A stretch of DNA of 63,937 bases, counting the filler, from Myxococcota bacterium (GTDB lineage Bacteria > Myxococcota_C > UBA6777): assembly GCA_023150835.1 (NCBI GenBank). It is 7 parts of 7 records of this genome, joined end to end, with 100 filler letters (N's around TTAATTAATTAA, not from the genome) between each part and the next. Parts side by side here need not be neighbours in the genome. Positions count along the whole stretch, not along the records: positions 26,438 to 34,961 come from JAKLKB010000189.1; positions 35,062 to 48,317 come from JAKLKB010000190.1; 5 more parts are not named here. One strand, written 5' to 3'. Each line of letters opens with the position of its first letter. The stretch's first letter is position 1. The notes beneath the pieces are model-generated. The model did not search any database. It had not been told where the DNA came from and worked only from the letters and a program-made list of their open reading frames with translations. This document shows positions 27,212-35,445 of this stretch, in pieces. The translations under genes were made by a program, and so were the position numbers.

Positions 27212-29080
27212 ATGCTCCGCTGCGTGGTGGTGTGTTTGTTTGGGTTTGTGTGGGCTTTGGTTTGGGTGGCTTGTGATCTGAGTCCCACGAACGAGCCACC
27301 CCCACAAGAAGCCGTATCCGACGGGGCTGTTGAAGATCACAGCACCAAGACAGAGCCTCGATCCGAGACGCCCCCCAAAGAGTCCACCCAAGACGCCACC
27401 GAAGACCTCTCTCCCGATGCGCCTGCTCACGACACCGAGCCTGCAGAGCCTCCGAGCGATCCCGATCCTTCGGAAAAGATATCAGCCGACGCAAGCCCCG
27501 ATCACACCGTCTCTGACATCCTCCCCGAGTCGCCCGACCCCGATGGAGTGGCCGAACAGACCGCCCAAGACGCAAGCCCTGATGCCCCACCCACAGAGGC
27601 CGCCCCTCCCGAACAACCGCCCCAAGGAAGGCTGTGGTTTGTCTCTCCCCAAGGTAGCGATACACAAGGGGATGGCTCGTTGGGACGGCCTTTTGCGTCG
27701 TTGGAGTGGGCTACATCCAAAGCTGTGGGCGGCGATGCGATCTATCTTCGCGGCGGTACATACCGCGCTTTCAAGCAACGTATCCGCAAAAAAGCCTCTG
27801 CGACGGCCCCCCTGATCTTCTCGGTCTACCCCGGCGAACAAGTGCTTTGTACCTCGCAAGGAGCCGATTTTTCGGATGGTCGGCATGTCTTTGAAGTTGA
27901 TCAATCCGCGCATTTGATCTTTCGAGGCGATGGGCGCTGGATCATCGACGGCCAACAAACGACCCTTCAAAGCAAGCGCTCGCTCGTCAACCTTTCCACA
28001 AGCGAATACCTCGAATTCGAGGGCTTTGAGATCCGCCACTCAAACGACCGAGGCTTGAGCTTTTATCAATCCAAGCATCTGCGGATCGCACAAAACAACG
28101 TACACCACACTTACAATCGCGCCCTTGGAGGCAGCGGCGATCACATCTTGATCGAGAAAAATCACGTCTCCCACGCCAGTTTGATCAACGAAAACCGCAA
28201 GATGTGTTCGGGAAATACGTGTGCGGGGGGCTGGCCTGCGGCGGTCAGTACGATCTTTTGGTGGGACACTGGCGCGTGGAGCAAAGATATCAAGTTTCGC
28301 GAGAATCTGGTGCATAACGTGTGGGGCGAAGGCATCGATGCCTTGTACCTTGATGGTGGCGAGATCGTTGGAAACACCGTGTACAACGCCTTTTCTGTCA
28401 ACATCTATCTCGACAAGGCCCGCCATATCTTGGTCGACCGCAATCATCTCTATAGCACCGATCCGGCCTATTCTCGGGCAGACAAGCCTCACCCCGCCAA
28501 CGGTATCTCCTTTTCTGTCGAGGCCGCCACCCCACAAAGTACCCTTCCCACCGAAGAGATCACGATCTCAAACAACCTAATCTACGGAACGGGGCGCGGC
28601 ATCACGTATTGGCACGATGCTGCAAACAAACATCCCCAAAACAGTTATCGGGCGATCTCCATCCTCCACAATGTGATCCTCGATACCTACGCCGAACCCC
28701 TTTACATCGCCGAAGTCACCCCCAAACAAGCGGGCCATCTTCTCCCCTCCCTTGGACTTGTTGCCAACAATATCCTCGCCAAAGGCCGTGTGATCTCCCA
28801 ACACTATATGCTCGGCGATCCGACAGCATGGCGCTTTTCAAACAACAACTGGATCGGTGGTCTTCCTACAGATCCCGCCGTCTCCCATCCAAACAGCCAC
28901 GCTCAACCCCCGCTGTGGCTCTCCAATCAACACTTCGCAGGTGCGCCTCCGACCGCGTTTCGCCTACAACCCACTTCGCCCAATCGCGGCGCAGGTCAGC
29001 CGTCGTCCGTCACCACCGACTTTTGGGGAACCCCGCGTTCTCGAACCTCCCCAACCATCGGAATCCACGAAGTCCAGTAA
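27212..29080 (+). CDS. exported right-handed parallel beta-helix protein (DUF1565 / pectate-lyase-like fold)
   Basis: Signal ending VAC; acidic Pro-rich linker; FVSPQGSD..GDGS...PFASL, IYLRGGTY, PbH1-like repeats; C-terminal DFWG.PR....IGIHE; start uncertain (27146-27212). Confidence 0.82.
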   Translation: MLRCVVVCLFGFVWALVWVACDLSPTNEPPPQEAVSDGAVEDHSTKTEPRSETPPKESTQDATEDLSPDAPAHDTEPAEPPSDPDPSEKISADASPDHTVSDILPESPDPDGVAEQTAQDASPDAPPTEAAPPEQPPQGRLWFVSPQGSDTQGDGSLGRPFASLEWATSKAVGGDAIYLRGGTYRAFKQRIRKKASATAPLIFSVYPGEQVLCTSQGADFSDGRHVFEVDQSAHLIFRGDGRWIIDGQQTTLQSKRSLVNLSTSEYLEFEGFEIRHSNDRGLSFYQSKHLRIAQNNVHHTYNRALGGSGDHILIEKNHVSHASLINENRKMCSGNTCAGGWPAAVSTIFWWDTGAWSKDIKFRENLVHNVWGEGIDALYLDGGEIVGNTVYNAFSVNIYLDKARHILVDRNHLYSTDPAYSRADKPHPANGISFSVEAATPQSTLPTEEITISNNLIYGTGRGITYWHDAANKHPQNSYRAISILHNVILDTYAEPLYIAEVTPKQAGHLLPSLGLVANNILAKGRVISQHYMLGDPTAWRFSNNNWIGGLPTDPAVSHPNSHAQPPLWLSNQHFAGAPPTAFRLQPTSPNRGAGQPSSVTTDFWGTPRSRTSPTIGIHEVQ

Positions 29081-29200
29081 CACGAAATCCGCAGGGCGCG
29101 TGATCGTAAAACGTAGGGGCAGTTCCCCGTGGCTGCCCAAGAATCGGGCGTCTACGTGTTCTCGTACACACCTTTCGGGTATCGTATAAGCGGATATCCA
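29080..29200. repeat. family C REP-like element between convergent genes
   Basis: GTAGGGGCAGTTCCCCGTGGCTGCCC...GGGCGTCTACG. Confidence 0.75.
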
Positions 29201-29215
29201 AACGGACGAGATATC

Positions 29216-30793
29216 TCAGGGGAGGCAATACTTGGGTTGGAGGGGGTCGGGTTGTGCGCAGAAGGTTCCAAATTTGGCGCATACAGCGGGGTTATCGACG
29301 CAAGTGATCACGCATTGCTTGGTATCGCTAGACGCAGGTGGAGCGAAATAGCCCGTGCAAGCGGCACAATTGACGTTCTTGCAAGCGGTCGAGATGCTGG
29401 CGTCGGGAAGAGGGGTGCAGTCAGGTTGCCCGTTGCAGGTCTCGTTGGAGCAAAAGCCGATGGGACGGAGATCATAGGTTTTCAGAGGAATGAAGCAGCG
29501 CAAACCCGCTTCGCAATTTTCATCAAAGAGTTCGCAGCTTTCCCAACGTTTTCGTACACCTGCTGGGACACAGGCTTTGATGGATTTGAACACGCCCGTT
29601 TCGACCCGATGCCCCAGCGTAATGCACTTCTCTCGCGTGGAACCGCCCGTACAGTCCGAGTCAGACGCACACGTCTTCAAACAAAGCTTGCGCGTTGTCA
29701 CAAGATGCGGAGTCTTGAGCTCTGTACATGTTTTGCCCGCAGAGCAAGGCGAGCCCTCGCAGATCTGGGTACATCGAGCAGCCGCAGGAGAAGGCAGGCA
29801 GAGGTTGCCCGTCGCACACAGATCGCCATTTCGACCGCAAGGAGCGCCATCACGACCGTTGTTGGTGGGATTCTCGCACAGCTTGCTGGTCGGGTTGCAA
29901 AATTGCCCGCGTGGGCAGGTCTTGTAAAGTTCGTCCAGACTGCACGGTATGCCCGGTCCTTGGGGGGGGAAGACCGCAAGGCAGAACGCTCCAAATCCCA
30001 CACGCGCCCGAGCGCACAACAACCCGTTTGGGCAGGGCGCACCCGTTGGATCGCAAGACTGTAAGCAGTAGCCTTCGGCTTTTCCGCTCGGTCGCATACA
30101 AAACAAACCGCCCGAACAAGGTATCGTGTCGCTACACTTGATCAGTCCGCATTCGTCGTCGGCTGCATCGAGCTTTCCGTCGCAATCGTTGTCGATCTTG
30201 TCGTCGCAGATCTCTTTGGCAGGAACAACGGCCTCGCTACAAGCGCTCCATGTGTTGTTTTCGCACTTTTGAAAGCCCGCTTTGCAAGGGCTGGTGCAAG
30301 TATACTTTCCCTCGGCTTCTTTGGTGCAGCCTGTCGAAGCCTCGTAGCATGGGCGAGTTTCGCCTGCTTTGCAGGTGCAGTTGTCGTCGGTTTTTCCGTC
30401 GCAGTTGTCGTCGATCTGGTTTCCACAGACTTCACTGCTTGCGGGAGCGACTTCGCCCGTGCATACGCCCCATGCGTTGGCTTTGCAGGTCTGTGCGCCT
30501 GCTTTGCACGCTCCCACGCATTTGTAGGTACCGTCAGCTTGCTTGGTGCAGCCTGTGGTGGGCGTATAACACGGGCGGCTCTCGTTGTCTTTGCAGACCA
30601 CAGGGGTGGCTTGGACGGCCTTGCATTGTCCGTTTTGGCACGTCCAAGAACCCGCACAATCCGCGTTGCTTGAACAAGCGCTCGTGAGTTGAGGCGAAAG
30701 AGTGGGCGGGCTGCTACAAGCGATCCACAACAACCACGCAGTCGAGAGCAACAGGCTCGCGGTACGTCCGAGGCGAAGGGATGAGGTCTTCAT
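29216..30793 (-). CDS. Cys-rich putative lipoprotein with E(V/I)CxxxIDxxCDG metal-binding (MopE-related) repeats
   Basis: Signal ending WIAC; EVCGNQIDDNCDGKTDD and EICDDKIDNDCDGKLD; duplicated RPCY...GCTK....Y.C...CKAG module. Confidence 0.85.
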   Translation of the reverse strand: MKTSSLRLGRTASLLLSTAWLLWIACSSPPTLSPQLTSACSSNADCAGSWTCQNGQCKAVQATPVVCKDNESRPCYTPTTGCTKQADGTYKCVGACKAGAQTCKANAWGVCTGEVAPASSEVCGNQIDDNCDGKTDDNCTCKAGETRPCYEASTGCTKEAEGKYTCTSPCKAGFQKCENNTWSACSEAVVPAKEICDDKIDNDCDGKLDAADDECGLIKCSDTIPCSGGLFCMRPSGKAEGYCLQSCDPTGAPCPNGLLCARARVGFGAFCLAVFPPQGPGIPCSLDELYKTCPRGQFCNPTSKLCENPTNNGRDGAPCGRNGDLCATGNLCLPSPAAARCTQICEGSPCSAGKTCTELKTPHLVTTRKLCLKTCASDSDCTGGSTREKCITLGHRVETGVFKSIKACVPAGVRKRWESCELFDENCEAGLRCFIPLKTYDLRPIGFCSNETCNGQPDCTPLPDASISTACKNVNCAACTGYFAPPASSDTKQCVITCVDNPAVCAKFGTFCAQPDPLQPKYCLP

Positions 30794-30798
30794 CAAAA

Positions 30799-30936
30799 AT
30801 CTCCGCGTGTGAAGGCAGAAGATCTCCGCTTGTAAAGGCAGGATATCTTCGCTTGTAAAGGCAGGATATCTTCGCGTGTGTAGGCAGAAGATCTTCGCGT
30901 GTGAAGGCAGAAGATCTTCGCTTGTAAAAGCGGATC
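30799..30936. repeat. 23-bp tandem array, about 6 units in two variants
   Basis: ATCT(C/T)CGCGTGTGAAGGCAGAAG (A) and ATCT(C/T)CGCTTGTAAAGGCAGGAT (B) in order A B B A A B. Confidence 0.9.
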
Positions 30937-30960
30937 TTGTGCGGCCCGCTCCAAAGATGC

Positions 30961-32769
30961 CTACTCTTCGAGCGGATTGGCGGGATGAGAGTTGCGACGC
31001 AAACGGATCTCGTCGGCGATCCAAGCCGCAAACGCTTCGACTCCAAAGGTTTCTTGTTCTTTTTGCCCGTAGCGCCGCAGTGTGACATCTTCTTTGTCGC
31101 GCTCGTTGCCACCCACGATCAGCAGGTTGGGGATCTTTTGAACGGTGCCGTTGCGGATCTTTTTGCTAAAAGAATCGTTCGACAGGTCGGCTTCGGCACG
31201 CACGCTGTTTTGGCGAAGGCGCGCACGAACTTTATCTGCATAATCGAAAAACTCAGGTGCAACGGGGATGACACGCGCTTGGATCGGCGCAAGCCACGTC
31301 GGAAATGCCCCACCGTAATGCTCGATCAAAAAGCTGATAAAGCGTTCGTGTGTGCCGAGCGGTGCGCGGTGGATGATGTAAGGATAGCGTGTTTGTCCAT
31401 CAGGTCCGGTGTATTCGAGTTGAAAACGCGGGCCGCTGGTGAAATCAAGCTGGTTGGTACTCGCGGTCTCTTCGCGCCCAACGACGTTCGAGACTTGAAA
31501 GTCGATCTTGGGTCCGTAAAAGGCCGCTTCTCCCGCGACTTCTTCGTAGTCGATGCCGATCTCTTGGAGGACTCCGCGCAACAGATTGACGGTTTTGTCC
31601 CATTCATCGAAGTTATCGACAAACTTGTCTTTGTTTTGATCGTGAACAGACAGCCGCACCCAATAGTTGGAAAGGCCGAACAGATCGTAGTAATACTTGT
31701 GCATCTCCATGACTTTTTTGAGCTCATCGCGGACGTGGCTTTCGTCGCAATACAGATGCGCGTCGTTCATGTACATCCCGCGCACACGCAGCAGCCCCGC
31801 CAACTCGCCCGAACGCTCGAAGCGATAGACTTGGCCGTATTCGGCAAGACGCAACGGAAGATCGCGGTAAGAGCGGATCAACGCCTTGCAGATCGTGTGA
31901 TGGTGCGGACAGTTCATCGGTTTGAGATAGTACTCTTCATCATCAAGGATCATCGGCGGATACATGCTGTCTTTGTAATAAGGCAAGTGGCCGCTGATGT
32001 GATAGAGCTTGCTTTGGGTGATATGTGGCGTGGCGACGCGATCGTAGCCGTAGGCAAACTCGGTCTCACGCGCAAGTTGTTCGAGGGAGTCACGAATCGC
32101 CGTTCCTTTGGGCATCCACAACGGAAGACCTTTGCCGACATCTTCGGAGATCGTGAACAGATCCAACTCACGGCCTAATTTGCGGTGATCGCGCTCTTGG
32201 GCCAGTTTGCGGCGCTTTTCAAACAACACCAGTTCTTCGGGAGTTTCAAAGGCCAGCCCGTAGATACGGGTCATCATGACATTTTTTTCATCGCCGCGCC
32301 AATACGCTCCTGCGATGCTGTCGAGCTTAAAGGCTTTGAAAGGCAGGTCGCTGGTCTTTTCGACGTGCGGCCCTTCGCACATATCAGTAAAGGGACCGTT
32401 GGTGTAAAAGCTGATCTCTTCGCCTTGTTCGATAAACTCTTTGACCAACTCCAGCTTGTATTCTTCGCCGCGTTGTTGGAGGAATTCCACCGCTTTTTGG
32501 GCGGGCAATACAAAACGCTCAAAGGTTTGTTTTTCTTTGATAATCTTTTTCATGCGCTGCTCGATCTCTTTGAGATCTTCGGCTTCGAGCGGGCGCGGCA
32601 GCATGAAGTCGTAGTAAAATCCCGTATCGATCGGAGGCCCGATCCCAAGCTTCACGTCTCCCTGCTTGGCGTCCGCAAAGTAAGACAACACCGCTTGCGC
32701 CATCACATGGGCTAGACTGTGCCGATATTTGTACAGTTGGCTGTTTTTGTCGAGCACTTGCTTCTTCAT
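30961..32769 (-). CDS. thrS: threonine--tRNA ligase (short form without N-terminal TGS domain)
   Basis: RHSLAHVMAQAV, GPPIDTGFYYDF, DMCEGPHV, GAYWRGD, RDHRKLG, LKPMNCPHH, GEAAFYGPKID, IHRA; GGGAG RBS before ATG 32769. Confidence 0.97.
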   Translation of the reverse strand: MKKQVLDKNSQLYKYRHSLAHVMAQAVLSYFADAKQGDVKLGIGPPIDTGFYYDFMLPRPLEAEDLKEIEQRMKKIIKEKQTFERFVLPAQKAVEFLQQRGEEYKLELVKEFIEQGEEISFYTNGPFTDMCEGPHVEKTSDLPFKAFKLDSIAGAYWRGDEKNVMMTRIYGLAFETPEELVLFEKRRKLAQERDHRKLGRELDLFTISEDVGKGLPLWMPKGTAIRDSLEQLARETEFAYGYDRVATPHITQSKLYHISGHLPYYKDSMYPPMILDDEEYYLKPMNCPHHHTICKALIRSYRDLPLRLAEYGQVYRFERSGELAGLLRVRGMYMNDAHLYCDESHVRDELKKVMEMHKYYYDLFGLSNYWVRLSVHDQNKDKFVDNFDEWDKTVNLLRGVLQEIGIDYEEVAGEAAFYGPKIDFQVSNVVGREETASTNQLDFTSGPRFQLEYTGPDGQTRYPYIIHRAPLGTHERFISFLIEHYGGAFPTWLAPIQARVIPVAPEFFDYADKVRARLRQNSVRAEADLSNDSFSKKIRNGTVQKIPNLLIVGGNERDKEDVTLRRYGQKEQETFGVEAFAAWIADEIRLRRNSHPANPLEE

Positions 32770-32954
32770 CAAAAAAAGTCTCCCTACGTCGGATCTTTTT
32801 GTTTGGGGGGTTGACCACCAAGCTACCTTGGTCGCATCCCTCTCGCTACACGCGACGGGGACGCCAACGGGTCGGTCTGCCCTTGGGGCGCGAATATAGC
32901 CGCTTCTTGCGCGCAAGACAAGGCCACAAAACGCGGATGAAACAAAGCAATGTC

Positions 32955-33187
32955 CACGGAAAACACGGAAGACACGGAAAACACAGAAGACACAGAAGAC
33001 ACAGAAGACACAGAAGACACAGAAGACACAGAAGACACAGAAGACACAGAAGACACAGAAGACACAGAAGACACGGAAGACACGGAAGACACGGAAGACA
33101 CGGAAGACACAGAAGACACAGAAGACACAGAAGACACAGAAGACACAGAAGACACAGAAGACACAGAAGACACGGAAGACACGGAAG
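32955..33187. repeat. 9-bp tandem array (AC[A/G]GAAGAC)n, about 25 copies
   Basis: Directly visible between the divergent thrS and WD40 genes. Confidence 0.97.
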
Positions 33188-33204
33188 GGAAAACAGGGTG
33201 AAGT

Positions 33205-34554
33205 ATGCGTGTGATGGTCGGTTGGTGGTGTTTGGGTTGCGTGTGGTTGTGTTGGGGTTGTGAGCGAAAGAGCCGTGAGGAGATCCCGAAGCCTCCGAGC
33301 GTTTCGGGTCGAACTGCGTTGTGTGAGAGGGAAGGGATCTTGGGATCTGAGCCTGTGGTGGGTGGGCGATGTACGAAAGAGGCCGATTGTGGGGCAGAAC
33401 GAGCGGCATGGAGGCGTTGTGTAGCGGGGCGTTGTGTGGTGGCGGGTGGAACGCAAGAGGACGGTCATCAAGCGGCTGTGCGGGCAGCGGTGTTTTTGAG
33501 TGAGCGGGCGATTGCAAGTGCCGATGAATCGGGGATGATCTGGCTGTGGCGGAGAGATGGTGTGCGGTGGCGTCCTTGGCATGGGTGGAAAGGGCATACG
33601 GGTGCGATCTTGGCCTTGGAGCGGGGGGCTGCGGGGTATCTGTTGAGCGGTGGGGTGGGCGGTGTGCGGGTGTGGGATCTGCGCAGGCGTGTGTTGGTCG
33701 CGGATTGGCCGGTACAAGGAGAAGTGCAGGCGTTGGCGTGGTCTGAAAAACATCAGCGGATCGCCATCTCTTCGACCGATCGGGTGGTTAGGTGGCGAGC
33801 TTGGCCGAAGGGTGGAGTGTTTGGGGGAGATAAAAAAGCGAGTGGAAGGGATGAAAAAGCGAGTGGAAGGGATGAAAAAGCGAGTGGAAGGGATGAAACA
33901 GCGAGCGGGGGGTGGAGCGGTGAGGTCGGTGTGTGTGATGTCGTGCGGTCTTTGGCGTGGGAGGTCGATGGATCGGGGCGTTTGGCGGGTGGTGGGGATG
34001 ATGGCTTGTTGTGGATATGGGATGTCAAACGGGCTAAACAACGGGGATCATGGCTTGTGGAGCGTTGGAGCGGGCATCGTGGGTGGTTGCGCCGTGTGGG
34101 GTGGTGGGGAGAGCGGCCTGTGACGGTGGGATTTGATGGCACGATACGGGTGTGGGATCTGCGAAGAGGTCGGAGTGTTCGTGTGGGGGAGGAAGGCCCC
34201 TCGCTGCCGTTGTTGTTGGGGCGGGTGGAGCGGTGTGTGGCCTCGATGGAGCAGAAGAAAAGCGTAGAGGCTGTTGTTTGGAAAAGGCGATGGATCGGGG
34301 GAGACCCCTTGGGGATGGCGTTGTTTTCGCGGCGTGGTTGGGGCGTGGTGGGCGCACACCGAGAGGGGTGGTTGCGCTGGCCTGATGCGGAAGGTTCGGA
34401 AGTGGTGGTGTGGTCGCTTCGTGAAGCAAAGCAGCATTGCCGTGTGCGTGAGCATCTGTTGGGGGTGCGTGTGGTGGCAGGATCGCCCAAAGAGAGGCGC
34501 TTTGTTTCGGGTTCGGATGATGGGACGTTGCGTGTCTTTCGTCTGGGGCTTTGA
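33205..34554 (+). CDS. exported WD40-repeat protein
   Basis: WKGHTGAI...VRVWDL, LAGGGDDGLLWIWD, GHRGW...DGTIRVWD, FVSGSDDGTLRVF; N-terminal signal; internal 21-bp repeat (ASGRDEK). Confidence 0.85.
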   Translation: MRVMVGWWCLGCVWLCWGCERKSREEIPKPPSVSGRTALCEREGILGSEPVVGGRCTKEADCGAERAAWRRCVAGRCVVAGGTQEDGHQAAVRAAVFLSERAIASADESGMIWLWRRDGVRWRPWHGWKGHTGAILALERGAAGYLLSGGVGGVRVWDLRRRVLVADWPVQGEVQALAWSEKHQRIAISSTDRVVRWRAWPKGGVFGGDKKASGRDEKASGRDEKASGRDETASGGWSGEVGVCDVVRSLAWEVDGSGRLAGGGDDGLLWIWDVKRAKQRGSWLVERWSGHRGWLRRVGWWGERPVTVGFDGTIRVWDLRRGRSVRVGEEGPSLPLLLGRVERCVASMEQKKSVEAVVWKRRWIGGDPLGMALFSRRGWGVVGAHREGWLRWPDAEGSEVVVWSLREAKQHCRVREHLLGVRVVAGSPKERRFVSGSDDGTLRVFRLGL

Positions 34555-34719
34555 CGAGTTGAACGGCGCGAGCCAGCAAAAGCAAGCAAAACAATCCTTC
34601 GCTGTGAAAAACACCACACTCAATCAATGGTCGAAGTGGTGTAGGCCGTCGCTTTCTAATGGGGCTTGGAGGTGCGCAGTGAACAAAGAAAAAGCCGTGT
34701 TCGTGCAATCTCAAGCGAG

Positions 34720-34961
34720 AGGGTCGTCCGGTTGAAAAACCTGCGATCTCTTCGCCAACCTGCGATCTCTTCGCCAATACGGGGTCAAGGGGGCAGGGCT
34801 CCCTTGTGGGGGGTGGGGTTCCACCCCATAGGCGTTAGGTGAAGCGCTTGTTGGCCCCCCCCACCCCAGCCCTCCCCCGTGAACAGGGGAGGGAGCGAAA
34901 GTCGGAAGCAGCGGGGATTTTGTTTTTTCATGACGCACGCTGTTTGCACGAGACGCAGACG
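34720..34961 (-). mobile_element. family B + family A composite element, cut by contig end
   Basis: Same arrangement as 4111-4320; contains a 19-bp tandem duplication CCTGCGATCTCTTCGCCAA. Confidence 0.77.
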
Positions 34962-35061
34962 NNNNNNNNNNNNNNNNNNNNNNNNNNNNNNNNNNNNNNN
35001 NNNNNTTAATTAATTAANNNNNNNNNNNNNNNNNNNNNNNNNNNNNNNNNNNNNNNNNNNN
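34962..35061. other. artificial contig-joining spacer
   Basis: 44 N + TTAATTAATTAA + 44 N. Confidence 0.98.
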
Positions 35062-35152
35062 CGGGTGGATCTCGTATTCGACGCCCTATGCTCGGGCAGA
35101 CACAGGGGTCTGCCCCTACGTCCTTGCGCTCACACAACGGGCGGATCTCGTA
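35062..35152. repeat. family C REP-like element
   Basis: GGGCAGACACAGGGGTCTGCCCCTAC...GGGCGGATCTCGT. Confidence 0.75.
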
Positions 35153-35234
35153 TCACATACCACACCATCAACAACCGATCCCCACCTCGCTGGTTTCTCT
35201 TGATTCGGACGCTTGTTTCTTCGATGGATCGGTC

Positions 35235-35414
35235 TTATTTCTTGGGGGCTGTTTTGGCAGGCGGTGCGCTGTGATCCGCCACTCCGCCCAACCAAGAGAC
35301 CGGCGGTAACAGCCAAGACATCAATGTAAAAAACACGATCACACCGGCACTTCCGAGCATAACAAACTTTGCGCGTTGTTCGAGAGTGTTGCTTTGGACT
35401 TGTGGACTCGTCAT
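35235..35414 (-). CDS. small single-TM hypothetical protein (59 aa)
   Basis: AAGGAG RBS 6 nt before ATG 35414; hydrophobic stretch FVMLGSAGVIVFFTLMSWLL. Confidence 0.5.
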   Translation of the reverse strand: MTSPQVQSNTLEQRAKFVMLGSAGVIVFFTLMSWLLPPVSWLGGVADHSAPPAKTAPKK

Positions 35415-35445
35415 CAAAGACTCCTTAGAAAGAGAGGATCACATC

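Noticed and set aside
30961-34041. 1026-aa ORF suggesting a ThrRS with a long N-terminal extension containing (VFC)n
   Set aside because: The extension is the stop-free antisense of the WD40 gene plus the 9-bp array; thrS has its own RBS and ATG at 32769.
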